From Proteromonas lacertae (lineage: Eukaryota): a stretch of 64,000 bases of DNA. The notes below the pieces were generated by a model that worked only from the letters and a program-made list of their open reading frames with translations, had not been told where the DNA came from and made no database searches. Of this stretch, positions 51,691 through 64,000 are shown piece by piece. Made by a program: the position numbers and the translations under genes. Location of the stretch: contig NGBS01001160.1 in NCBI GenBank assembly GCA_002245135.1, forward strand, positions 558,001-622,000, given 5' to 3'. How positions within the stretch are numbered: position 1 is the first letter of the stretch; every line of letters begins with the position of its first letter.

Positions 51691-53749
51691 ATGGATGATT
51701 CAGAAAATAGTGCAGGTCCAGGTGTTTCAATGTATTGGACTATACATGAAAATGGGGAAAATAAGACTGCGAATACATCATTAGAAAAGAAAGAAATAGA
51801 CAAAAGAGATCTTTGCAAAAAATCAGAAGAACAGATATATTGGGTGTTTAGAACATCGATAGATGCAGTGAAGAAGTTTTTAGTATACTGTTCTGTTATT
51901 AGTTAATTTGTATAGCCTAAAGAGATTACAACATCACAACTAATTGAAAATGCTGAATCAAAACCTAAGAAATTAAGTAATAAGTTTTACGAGAGAAATC
52001 TAGATTATTTATCAAAGAGAAGAATAGAAAAACTGAGAACATTACCACCACTATACAATTTTGATCGTACTACAATGAAACAACATATAAAATTCTATAA
52101 CAGCCATGAAAGGAAAAGAAAACCAGATCCTTGGTTAAGAGCTGATACAGAGGTATAATGATTATGATATATAATAAATAGTTAACAACTCCTCCAGGAA
52201 ATAAATATTTTGATAATCTATTACTAAAGGAAGTAACAGGAATTCAAAAAATGATGAATGTAACAAAGACAGTATAATTATTATGATTATAAATGAAATA
52301 GAAAAGTAGAAATGAAGTAATAGATGAAAAAGTTCGTCATATACTAATAACCCTAACCAAAGAAATAAAAAATGAAATAAAAAGACAATCAGAATTAATA
52401 CGAAAGTCAATATATATGAATCAAGAAAATACCACAAGTTTAAGGCAATATAAAGCATTAGAATTTGATGCAATACATGAGAGATTAGAAGCATGTGATT
52501 TATTGATATATAATTTATATGATTATCAATTCATATCTGGTATAGAATTAGCAGATTATTTGAATATGAATAACAACACAATATTAGAAACATATCCATC
52601 ACTGAAAGATAAAGAAAAAGCAAAGGAAATATATTATGAAGATGAAGATTCTCGATTAGAAAGAATTAACAAAAATAAACCAGTACAAATCTTAGAAATA
52701 AAACCATTGGATTTAGAACCACCACCACCAGCACCTCAATCACCGTTGTTAAGTAATTCAAGCCGAACTTCATTCAATTTTAATAATACAAATAATACTA
52801 CTTCCAATACAGGAAGACCAATTTCACCATTAGTTCCTGAAGGTAGTGAAAATAATAATATTGATTTACAGAATGCTTCATCTTCTACTTATTATAATAC
52901 AACAACTTCTACTTCTTCGACTATTATTAATAATAATAATAGTAAAGAATCAGTAAAACCATCGTCTCCACTCTGTAATAACATAACTCATTCATCACTC
53001 TCTGTACCATCTACAGAATCATCAACAGATCAACAACAATCATCATCATCAATAGTACAACAACAATTACAATTACTACAATCATCTACTGGAAGTAGTC
53101 AACAGTTATATAAGTCAAGAAAATCATTACAACAATCAATACAACAGTCTTCATCCTCTAGAAAATCAATTCATTCATCAAGATCAAGATCAACACCGTT
53201 ATTAATGAATTCACCAAATAGAACTAAAAGTCTATCCAATAAATCGAATAGTAGAAAAATGCATTACGAAAAGAAGACATTATTGAAGAAATCTGATAAA
53301 TTATTGGCTGAAATTGCTAATATTCCAAAGATGCATCAATTAATGCGTATATTACTATATATATAATTAATTATAAATAGCAATTGAAGAAATGGGATCA
53401 AACAGTCTAAGTTCAATTCCATCTAAACAATTATCAACAATACCTTCAAAGACTGATAAATTAGAAATAGAGAGACCTGCTTATAATGGACATGGAGCTT
53501 CTTTGATTGTAGATGAAACTAATGAAATATTGAGGAAAGCTCATTTTACTATTCCAAAATTGTATATTTATAATTTCTTTTTATTTTTATAGTATGCCTC
53601 CTCAAGAGAATACAATGGTTTTATGTACACAAGAACAGAAAGATTATGCAGTATTGAAAAGATCAAAAATGTCTTATTCTCCTATATTCTATCAATATTA
53701 TGGTGAAAGATCTTTTGAAGAAATTAAGTTACCACCAAAGAAAAAGTAA
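51691..53749 (+). CDS. Hypothetical multi-exon protein with Ser/Gln/Asn-rich region
   Basis: ORFs from MDDSENSAGP.. joined by GT-AG introns to ..KLPPKKK*; no recognisable domain. Confidence 0.6.
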
Positions 53750-53896
53750 TATAATATTAATGTAATTGTGTATAGTGTAATATATTTAAATAGTGAATTA
53801 TTTTACATGTTTAATTCTAAATTCATTCAAAAATAAAGAAAAAGAGAATATATGTTTGATTCTGATTTGAGTGTTACGTTGTATTTGTTTTTCTCG

Positions 53897-55889
53897 ATGA
53901 ATAAAATAATTTTGTTTGTAATTTTATCTTTGTTGAGTTTCATATATTGTGACTCACCTTATCCATTGACTACATTTTCAGATTATGTTGTTAATCAAAA
54001 TACAGAGAAAGTATGGTTATATTTTCTATTAAGAATAGGAACTTATTCTGCCTATGGATGTAAAAATTCCTGATAATGCTGAATTGAATTGGAAAATACA
54101 TGTAGAAGAAGATTTTGAAGTAGAAGATATTCAAGTTCAAATAAATGGTTTATATCACGAAAATTCGAATGATTTGAAGATTGTATTACAGCATGATGAT
54201 GTTAGAGGTTTATTGTTTGAAACTAATAGAAATATACCAATAGGTGATACAAAAGAATCATATGGTGTTAATTTTACTTTCTTAAGTGCTCCAACAGATA
54301 ATTTAAGTAAAGGAAAGCCTACATTCATGAGTAGTCAATACCAAAATTATTCTTCAGATTTAGCTGTAGATGGTGAATATTCTGGTTATATTAATGACAA
54401 TACAACTACTCATACAGTTATCAATGATGTAGATCCATGGTGGTATGTAGACTTAGGGAAAAATCAAGATATTGGTTCAATTAGAATATACAATCGAGAA
54501 CATAAGCCAAGATTTAATGAAATTCAAGTGGTAAGGACAGATGGAGAAGTTACCAATAATATCAGGTAGTTATAAACTAAAATACAAAGGAGAAATAACA
54601 GAACCAATATCCTATTTAGCTGTTGGAAGTAAAGATGATGAAGTAAAAGATGGAGGAGTTGGTAAAGATATTGGAGAATCAATGGAAGTATATTGATTTA
54701 TTTGTTTATTTGAACATAGAGTAAATTAGAATCATTATCAACAATTACAGATGTTAGAGTAACACGATATACATTACCAGGAATGAATCATTTTGACTAT
54801 GTAATTGTATTTCAATCAGAAACAAATGATTTAGAGGAAATTGAAGTTGTAAATCCATTAACAGAACTGGATGGTAAACATTATAGTGTAAATGTTACAG
54901 TAAGAACAACACGAGATGGAGATGGTGATAATTGGGAAAGTTATTCAACCTATCAAGAATCATTAGAAAGTAATTTATTTCCACTGACTGTATTATTCTT
55001 TGATGAAAGTATTGAAAAAGTACCAAAAGCATTGAATGAATCTAAAACACATGCAACTTATTACACAACATTTGATTATGTAAAAAGAGAAACTGTATTT
55101 CAGTTAAATACTCCAATAACTGCAAGATATGTCAAATTACAATTGAATACAAAAACTAAGCCATTAACATTAGCAGAAGTTGATATATTTAGTCCAACAC
55201 AATATCCAACAATTGATAATTGTTTAGGTTCAATTAATAAGATAAAATATAGTAAAGACAATATTACCTTAATCAGTAATGATAATTTGAAATCTCGTTT
55301 TAATAGTACAAATAGTAGAGGTAATTGGTTATTGAGTGTATTAGATAAGAGACCAGTAGAATATATAAAGGATTACAATAATAGAGATGTTATATTCAAT
55401 GGAACTGGTGGATTAAACTCTTGGAGATTATATTTAACACATAAAAATGGCTCAATTTATGTGTATAATTCAGATCAAACTGCTTTTATTATGACTGTAC
55501 CAAGATATGGAAAGTTGTATAAAATATCAACAGATGAAGAGGGAGAAGTAATTAAAAGTGAAATATACCCAAATGAAGGATTTTTATTAAACACCAAATG
55601 TTATATGAATTGCACTTATTATAATAATCCACCAATCTATAGAGATTCATATAATGCATTATTTAGTCAACCAAATTGGATTCCATCTCAAAAAGTGGTG
55701 TATATACCAAATAATGGATATATCGGTGATGATTTCATCACTTATAGAATAACTGTTGGTATGACACCTAGTATAAGAAGAGGAAGGATCAATTTACATG
55801 TTAGAAACTGTAAAACAGATGATTGTGTGAATGATGAAAGAACATTTGCCTATCAATTCTACAATCCTAAAACAGAAAGACCTTATTAA
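53897..55889 (+). CDS. Secreted protein with split proprotein-convertase P-domain, F-type lectin/F5-8C domain and C-terminal Ig-like domain
   Basis: Signal peptide MNKIILFVILSLLSFIYC; VEDIQVQINGLYHENSNDLKIVL..GNWLLSVLD..GGLNSWRLYL (P-domain); NLSKGKPTFMSS..LAVDG..THT..PWWYVDLG..IRIYNR..ARYVKLQL..LTLAEVDIF (F-lectin); YIPNNGYIGDDFITY. Confidence 0.75.
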
Positions 55890-56016
55890 TTATTTAATTT
55901 AAAAATATCATTATTATTGTTTTTCTTTTTAAAGAAGAATAATAACAACATTTCATATATATGATAAAAACGATTTTAACTAATATATTAATAAAGTGAC
56001 TAGATAGACAAAATAC

Positions 56017-56928
56017 TTATTCTTTCACTTCTTCATCATTACCATCTCCCTTTTCATTTTCATTAACCTGTCCTGGAGGATTCAATGGTTCTAATTTCAC
56101 TGGATTATTGTTTCTAATACTTGTCCTTTGTAAATTATCATCTTTTGGTTCTGTATGTATATTCTCTATTGGATTATCATTTTCATTCTTCACTTCTTCT
56201 CCTGATGGTGTAGATCGTGGTTGATTATCATTATTGTTGTTATTTTCTTCACCTTCTTTCTTTGCCTCTTCAACAAACGCTTCTTTTGGTGGTCCAAGTC
56301 CTTCTGGAGCTTCTGCAGGTGGTACTGGACCATCTTTTGGCTTGCTTTCATTATTCTCATCATTTATATTGTTATTCTCTTCGTCTAAATTAAGATCATC
56401 TATTATTAATGGTTTTGTTTCATCAATTGGAATCTTTCCCTCTTTTTGTAGTTTGTGTAAACCTGTAGTCCAGAATAAATCAACCATTTTCTTACAATCC
56501 CTTAAGTAATGGATATCCTCTTTTTTATTTACATGTAGTCTGTGTATCCTCATTCTTTGGACAAACTATATGTAATAAATAGAGAAATTGATACTTCAAT
56601 AGTATAATCGTCACATTCGACTATATCAGATATTTGTACAAATGGTATTATTACTAAATGTAAATGAACTAAATATACTATCTTCTTTTTTCCCAAACTG
56701 ACATTTAATACGTATTTGTCTTTGTTCTAGTGATGCAGTTAATAAACATGGCTTGTATGAGAAAAACAAAAATCCTCTAAATATTAGAAATTGAATTATA
56801 TCTTATTATACGCTACTTCTATCTTTACTGGAATATTCTCAAATGACTTTACTTCAGAACTTGCTATAAGGATTAAATTGATATTTACAAATACAACTAT
56901 CGTTTTCTGCTTTAGTTTCTTCTGTCAT
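56017..56928 (-). CDS. Hypothetical protein, possible PH-like N-terminus and acidic Pro-rich tail
   Basis: ATG at 56928 (MTEETKAEND), four short introns leading into ORF 56017-56553. Confidence 0.55.
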
Positions 56929-57043
56929 TTTTAAAGAAATAATAATTTCGTTATAAAATCTCAAGCTTATGGTTTGATTTTAGATAGAAAAAAAGAAAAA
57001 TACTTCAATACTAATATTCTATCAATTATTATTAAATATTCTA

Positions 57044-59627
57044 TTATTTCTGCTTTTGCTTAGTTTTCTTTTCGGTTTTACTACTGATTATCTCTTCAAT
57101 TAAAGGAATATTCTTCAGGGTTAAAGTTCTGAGGATATCTGGAAATTTGGAATACTCTCTCATAAACTCATCTTGATATTTGAATGACTTATTCTCCATA
57201 AATACATCAGCATCAGTTAATGGTGATTTTTCAAACACATCTTTAGGGTTCATTATATATAAATCTATTATTGCTTCTAACCTCTTAAATGAATTAAGAT
57301 TTGTACCTTTCGTATACTTGTATGTATATCCCCACTCAATAATACTATGAATATCAATGAACAACTGTAAAGCATCCAAATCTATTGATTTTTACTTGCT
57401 TTTTCTTTAAATAATTTGCTAAAAGTTGTAAAGTGCTATCTATCAGTAAAGATACTAAGTAATTTCTAGTTACACTGTATTTCTTTCCTAAAATAGGTGA
57501 AATGGAGGTTAAACCTTGAAATATTAACTGCGAAATCCACATACTCATATTTAATGGAGTTGTCTTTAATATATACGACTTTTGTTTCATTGTATTATCT
57601 AATATATGTGAAATCATTTCATAATTCTTTATTCTTATTTTTTCAGTCAATTCTCCTATATAAACTTCAAAGTTCCATTTATTGTGTATAAATATCTCTT
57701 TAATATCATTAATAATATGATAATTCTCTTTATCTGATATTAAATTGATATTACTTACTATTTTATCACATAATTTACTCAATTCAATCATTGATAATAA
57801 CACATTACACTATATAATAAAACAAATATAATTATAAATTAATTATACCATTACTATCAATGATTCATGTTGATATATTCGTATTAATTGATTATTAAAA
57901 TGTTTAAATATATGAAGCGATGTATTAGATAGCATTAAACATGTATTTGGATCAGAAGTTAATGTAGAAATCTTCTTTAATGCTGTTTCAAGACATTTTA
58001 TTGAATATTGAATCTATTAATTATATATATATATATTATTACATTATCTAAAGACCACTCTCTAGTTTTTCTCCAAAACTGTTGAAACTTTCCCATTGCA
58101 ATTTGCCAGTCAATAATAGAGAAATCAGTAATGGTTGGTGGTAATATTCTATTATACTGTTTACGAAGTATTATATAGTAATAATTCACTAATAACTCTT
58201 TATAATCTATTTCATCATCATCATCAATATCATAGAAACGTTTATTACAATGATGAAACTATAATAATATATATATATATGTATGTATATACATTATTAT
58301 AACCATTTTCTGTATAAATAAAATGTAAAATACACTGATTTATATAACCACTAATTGAAGATATAAACTTCATTATTATATTCTCATTCTCATTTTCTTC
58401 TTGTGGTGATAATATTGATGTTTTATTACTCATTAAACACTTATAACGATCATTTAATAATTCAAAAACACATATTGATTTAGGTGGATTTTCAATATAA
58501 TAATTATTATTGAAATTCATTAGTTTATCTACAATATATGGTTGTTTCAATGCGTTATTACACAATGAGCAAGTATCTTTACCAATAGCACATGGATACT
58601 CAGATTGTAATTGAAATATATCATTTATAAATAACAAATAATCACTCATTATATCGTCATTATAACTAAATTGAATCTTTCTCATTTTTATGATTATTGA
58701 TTCTAAATCTAATCTTACATAGAAATGCAATCTTTGTATCATTACTGTGATATTTGGTGGAGATGATAATATTATTTTTGAACAATACCATATATCACGA
58801 TAGAAAGAACGAATGTCTTTATTTATCTTATTTAATTCATTGAATTTTTCAAATAATTTTCCTTCAGTATCTCTATATAATAAGAATTATTATTATATTA
58901 ATATATACATATCAGGACATTGATTAAATATATCTATTAATTTCTTTTCAATTTGGAAAAAATAATGTGAAATATTTTGAGAAAACAATTTTCTTGATTT
59001 TTCTATTAAAGAGTCATATCTTTCTAATAATTCTTTCTTTTGCACTAAATAAATCGGTAATATATCATTTCTATTTATTTAATAATTATATATATATATA
59101 TACTTATTTTGCATTTCATAAGCCATTATTGATGATTTTAATGGACAAATAATGTGAGATAATTTGGTTAATTTTTGACAATATGTGATTGGTATTAAAT
59201 GAATATCATTTTGGTTAAATGATGAAGAAAGAGAAGAAGCATCTAAATGTGGTGAAGTTGGAGTCATTGCTTCTTCTTCTTCCTCAGTATTGTTATTCCT
59301 ATTTGAAAGTGTCTTTTCACTTACATCCAACAATGGGGGAGGAGAATATGGACCTCTTACTTTTCTCAATGGTGGTAAACTATCTGTTGTAGGAGGAATA
59401 GGGTTTGTTAATCTATTTTTTAAATGATAGGAACTATACTTTTCTAATGGCGGTAATTCTTTCTTTACAGGTTCTTCATCATTTTTATTAGCTGGTTTGG
59501 AATTTTCATTGAAAGATAGTTTTCGAATCACTTTATCATACTCTTTTGACTTTCTCTTCATTATCAAATCACTATCAAGAGGTGATGGCTCTAAAATTAG
59601 TTTGGTTTTACTGTCATCTTCATTCAT
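57044..59627 (-). CDS. Helical protein, possibly CCDC142-like
   Basis: Multi-exon from MNEDDSK; C-terminal ANYLKKKQVKINR(L)DALQLFIDI..W resembles the CCDC142 I.FS..GALQL..D motif; apparent frameshifts near 57380 and 58175. Confidence 0.4.
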
Positions 59628-59764
59628 TATTTTCAATTTTTCAAAAAAACGATTATTCAGCTTGAAATAACTCAAATCAAATAAGTTTGAATTATAATTA
59701 TCTAATTATCTTGCTACAAAATGCAAAAAGTGAAGTATTTATATTATATTCATTTGTTTTACAT

Positions 59765-61405
59765 ATGATACATAGGCTGGATGATGAAAAAATGAAAGAA
59801 GTATGTGATAGACTGTTTTTAGGTAGAACCCTATCGTATATTAAAATATTATTATGTTTTATAGGTACAGAATTGAATATAGGAATTATGTTTTGAATGA
59901 TATAAGTCATGAAAAGATATGTAGACCAATTGATGATATAAAGGATGCTTATCTTTATGCAAAGATGTTTACCTTCACCAACATCTAGTTTATATTCTAA
60001 AATCGAATTAGTACCAAAGATTCCAAAGAATATTTCGAAATTCAGTAACATATGTATTCCTTGTGCTGTTATATGTCATACCGCAAGTGAAATATATAGT
60101 TCAATGTTGTTTTATGTTGATAATGATGACAAGCTAATCAATATTCACTTGACCAATGGGTAAAGATCATGAAATAATGTGTTTGTCATTTAAACCAATC
60201 AATAAAATTGTGCCAAAAACAAAAGAATTTACTATAATTAATAAACCATACGAAATGTATTGTTATTATATATATTATTATAATAGAGATGATGAAAGTA
60301 GTATAATAGATGAATGGAGTAATTATATATCAAAGAATTGTAATTTATTAATATTCAAAAGAGTAGATGGAGAAGGAATATTGCAGAATAATGAATTAAA
60401 ATTAGAACCAATAAACAAAAATTCAAGTAATAGATTCTTGTCTTTTAAATTATCATATAAAGTTGGTTTATATTGCAGTTCAATAAAACTTGATAATGAA
60501 CAATTAGAGAATAAATGTATAAGAATAAAAGAAAAAATGAGATATAAATATGAAAGTTTAAAATGTCCAATATGTAATTATAATGTTTGTAATACAGAAG
60601 GATTGTATTATCATAATATAGCAGTCCATCCAAACTATATAATGAGATGTTTATATAGAAATAACAAAATAATTGTATATATATATATATATATATGTTG
60701 CACTTAACTTATACTTTGTAATTAGATTGAAGTGAATGATAAACACAATGATGATGAGAATGTAAAGAGTCATATGGGTAATTTTTACTATGCTTTTAGT
60801 TATACTAAAAAACCGAAATTAACTCCATCAATTTATCAAGCAATGTTAAAGAAGTATGAAGATGGAATGAAAATAAGAATACCACCAAAAATTACAAATC
60901 AAATGAATGTTGATTTATTGATTAATAAGAATTATTATCATAGTAAAGATTGTGTTCCAATATCTCCATCAAGTTTGCTGGTTGATTCTGATTATGAAGA
61001 AGATGATAAATATATTACAGATGTATAGAATATATTGTTATAATATATATAATTGAATAGAATTGGGATGTAATCGACAGAATAAAGGACTTGTCAATCA
61101 ATGAAAAGATGTTTATGAAAATATGGAATAGTTTTATATACCGTGAGTCTCCAATATCTGATAGTCAAATACCTAATTTGTGTGTGATATTTATGGAATT
61201 GTTTAAGGAGTGTTTGATTGAAAAACACCTACTGTGTGATGCATTTTTGCATTTTATAAATATATATCATTTTGGCTTGATGAAGAAAGATTCTTTGGAG
61301 AAAATATGCGACATAATACTGGAAAATGATGAAAATGTGAGTAGTTTGGAAGTGTTGGTAGAAAATGTTGCTGATAAGATCAATTCTCTTCAGAATATGA
61401 AATAA
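59765..61405 (+). CDS. SUZ12: Polycomb PRC2 subunit, SUZ12/VEFS-box family; start uncertain
   Basis: LFLGRTLSY; C2H2 finger CPIC..GLYYHNIAVH; VEFS box YYHSKDCVPI..DSDYEED..NEKMFMKIWNSF..ISDSQIPNLC..LHFINIYHFGL. Confidence 0.85.
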
Positions 61406-61531
61406 TCGATAAACTATTGTTGTATTTGTTTTATTATTTGAGTTTTATTCCCACTTTAAAGTGATTATAATAGACAAGTCATTTTTGATCATTCATATAT
61501 ATTTCTTTTATCATAGTTACGCTCATTTTAC

Positions 61532-63828
61532 TTAATTCAGTATGTTTATTTGTTAGTATCATTTCTCATTCTTGATTTATTCAGTGTAACTGATTTGAAT
61601 GAGAATGAAACGATCATATTTCAAAAACTATTCCAAAATTAATATTTTGCTGAAATGAAATTATATAATAATGAAATTAGTAATTGCGGGTATAATATGC
61701 ATTAACATATTTATAGATTGTGTAGAAAACTATGTGAATTATGGCTTTGGCTGATTTAATTGTAAAAATAGGAAATGAAGAAGTTACCTGTATAAAAAGT
61801 ATCCTGATGAATGGAAATACTACAATAAAGAAGTTATTGAATGATGAAAAGCAGTAATGGAGTATTAGAGTTATCATGAAATATGTGAAATAAAGTCATT
61901 TTTAGAGATAGAGAAATACTACAGTGGTGGATGTATGGAATTAACTGATTCTAACATTTGTGATATATTGAGATTCAGTGTGTATTACAATGACAGTGGA
62001 ATAATGAGAATATGTCAAAGATATTTAAAAAGTCATATAAATGATTCATTAATGATGGAGATATTACATTCTTTTGATGTAAAGAATGTGAAAGAGTTGA
62101 AAGATATATGTGAAAAATACTTGATGAGAAAAGGATATAAATACTTAAACAATGGTATAAATATAGTATTTTATTCTTATAGATGAATTGTTGTTAAAGA
62201 TGAATATTAGTAGTTTGGAATTGATATTATCAAATCGAAAACTGATAATAAAAGATGAGAATTGGTTATTAAATCGATTATTAAAATGGTACAAAAATAA
62301 TAAAGTGTGTGAAGAAGAAGAAAATGAAGAATTTGTGAAAATGTTGAAAAAGTCAATTCATTTCAATGAATTAAAAGAAGAGGAAATAGATGAAGAAGAT
62401 TTATTGGTATTAAGAGAGTTAAAAATAGAAATATATAATATTAATACAAATATTATTCATATTCCAATTAGTTTTGATGATATAAATAATGAAGAATTAA
62501 TAGAAATGATTTATGAGTATTATGTTGAAGAAGAAAATGAAATAGAGTTAAATGAAAATCAAAAAGAAATATTGAATAAATCAAAAGAAGATTTAATGAA
62601 ACTGTTAAACCATGAAGATATAAAAATGGTTGAAATAACATTAAATATTATAATGGAGATGAAGATAGAAGAAATAATACCAATCGAAATGAAGAACAAA
62701 TTGTTATAGTAGAACTAATTGAATGGATATTAATGAAAGTAAAAGAAATCGAACAATGAAATGTTTATGTTTATTTGTTAGTGATAAAAAACACATTTCA
62801 ACAATTGAAGTTTTTTGTGGAAAAGAAATTCTTTTTAATTTATTGAATGAAGTATGTTATTTTAATCCCAAATCAAAAGAATTGTTGATCGAATATGTTC
62901 AAAAGATAAAATTAAATGAAAAAGAAGAAGAATTGAATAGAATAATAAATGATAAAGAATTATTAGAAGAATTAAAAACGAAAAAGATAAAATCATTCTC
63001 ATATCCTCAATCAGAATATTTGTTTTCTGTTTATGAAGAAATGTCAATAATTCCTTCATTTGATGGAACAAAATGTGAGTTTTCAATAAATCCATCATTA
63101 CCTGATGGAATAATGATAGATAAAGAAAATGGAATAATTCATGGAAAAGTGAATAAAGAAATCGAAAAGAGAGAATATGAAATAACTTGCAAGAATATTC
63201 GAAATGAAAAGAAATTCAAAATATCATTAGAATTTGTGGAAATTAAATACACAGAATTAAACAAATGTAAAGGAATAACAATATCAAATAATGGAAAAAT
63301 AATAGAACAAACATTCAGGAGTGTGTAATCATTGTTATTTAAAATTGAAAATGGAAAATGGAATTTATCATATTAAAATCAAATATTTGAAAACTTGAGT
63401 GATAGTTGTAATGGTTATATGTATTTAGGATTATCAACTAATAATACATATTCTGGTATACAGATTTATAATCAACCAAACAACTTGTAATTATGTTGCA
63501 TGGAATGCTAAAAGTCATGATATTACTGATGATTGTTATATTGGAACAGTTGTTAATAATAATCCAAATATCAATAATCATGGAGAAGGATCAATTTATG
63601 AAATGATTGTTGATATGAATAAAAGAGAATTTTGGATAAGTCATAAAGATTCATCTCCTGTTTTACTTGTTAAAGATTTACCTTCTCCATTATATTCCAT
63701 ATTCAGCATTTTATTGTTGTGAAGGTAATAAACATGAATTACTTTCAGTTTCTCATGAAGATTAACTCAATTCTACTATTTTTATGTTATTTTATGAATA
63801 AAAAATATAAAACAAATATCAAAACAAA
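61532..63828 (+). repeat. Inverted copy of 47469-49750
   Basis: Direct sequence comparison. Confidence 0.95.
61655..63765 (+). CDS. BTB-BACK-Ig-SPRY-like protein, copy 2 (multiple indels; pseudogene or assembly errors)
   Basis: Near-identical to 47534-49629; frameshifts near 61735-61875, 62705-62730, 63314, 63390 and 63477. Confidence 0.65.
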
Positions 63829-63839
63829 TAACTCAACAT

Positions 63840-64000
63840 CTATAACCATGATGTTAAACCATAATATTGTATTCCTAACACAGCACTATCACTTGATAAT
63901 TCTACTAATGTGTGAATCTGTTTCTTTACATCTTTATATTCACCAGTTATTTCATTATTATGCAATAAAATATTTTCTATTCCTTTTGGATATTCTCTTC
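63840..64000 (-). CDS. 3' end of a PIKK-family kinase (FATC domain), possibly DNA-PKcs-like; partial
   Basis: Minus strand reads ..DVKKQIHTLVELSSDSAVLGIQYYGLTSWL*, matching the FATC pattern QV..LI..ATD...LG..Y.GW..W. Confidence 0.7.
   Translation of the reverse strand, partial: REYPKGIENILLHNNEITGEYKDVKKQIHTLVELSSDSAVLGIQYYGLTSWL

Noticed and set aside
1774..63098. Many short antisense or overlapping ORFs in the track (e.g. 1774-2094, 6551-6916, 17998-18363, 46991-47191, 56234-56509)
   Set aside because: They are shadows of real genes on the opposite strand or frame. Hydrophobic I/Y/F-rich ORF ends are read-through into introns, not TM helices.
47469..63828. Composite transposon or Maverick/Polinton with 2.3-kb terminal inverted repeats
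   Set aside because: No transposase, integrase, polB or capsid gene is visible; the enclosed genes are ordinary intron-containing cellular genes.

Overview
AT-rich, gene-dense eukaryotic nuclear DNA in the standard genetic code, with many very short GT-AG introns (about 21-45 nt) and two clear plus one possible AT-AC (U12-type) introns. This style suggests a stramenopile protist of the Blastocystis/Proteromonas type (inference). About 28 gene models can be built. Two oppositely oriented tandem arrays (8 genes at 183-12770, minus; 5 genes at 35500-43935, plus) encode one family of degenerate EF-hand proteins. These share short motifs: an N-terminal [KR][VI]xP, Gln at EF-loop position 12, and a PP1-type SIL[RK] motif in 12 of 13 otherwise unalignable tails. 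Between the arrays lie a TopoVIB-like gene, an ABCC transporter, tafazzin, a coiled-coil protein, a roughly 3,700-aa class C GPCR-like receptor with nine tandem UrtA/AmiC-like binding domains, and a NIPA transporter. The right part holds a histone-fold plus SUMO-like protein, two near-identical inverted copies and one decayed fragment of a BTB-BACK-Ig-SPRY-like gene, an HDHD5-like hydrolase, a nested P-domain/F-lectin protein, a SUZ12-like gene and the FATC end of a PIKK. Scattered 1-nt frameshifts suggest an imperfectly polished assembly. All family calls come from motif recognition by eye; no searches were run.
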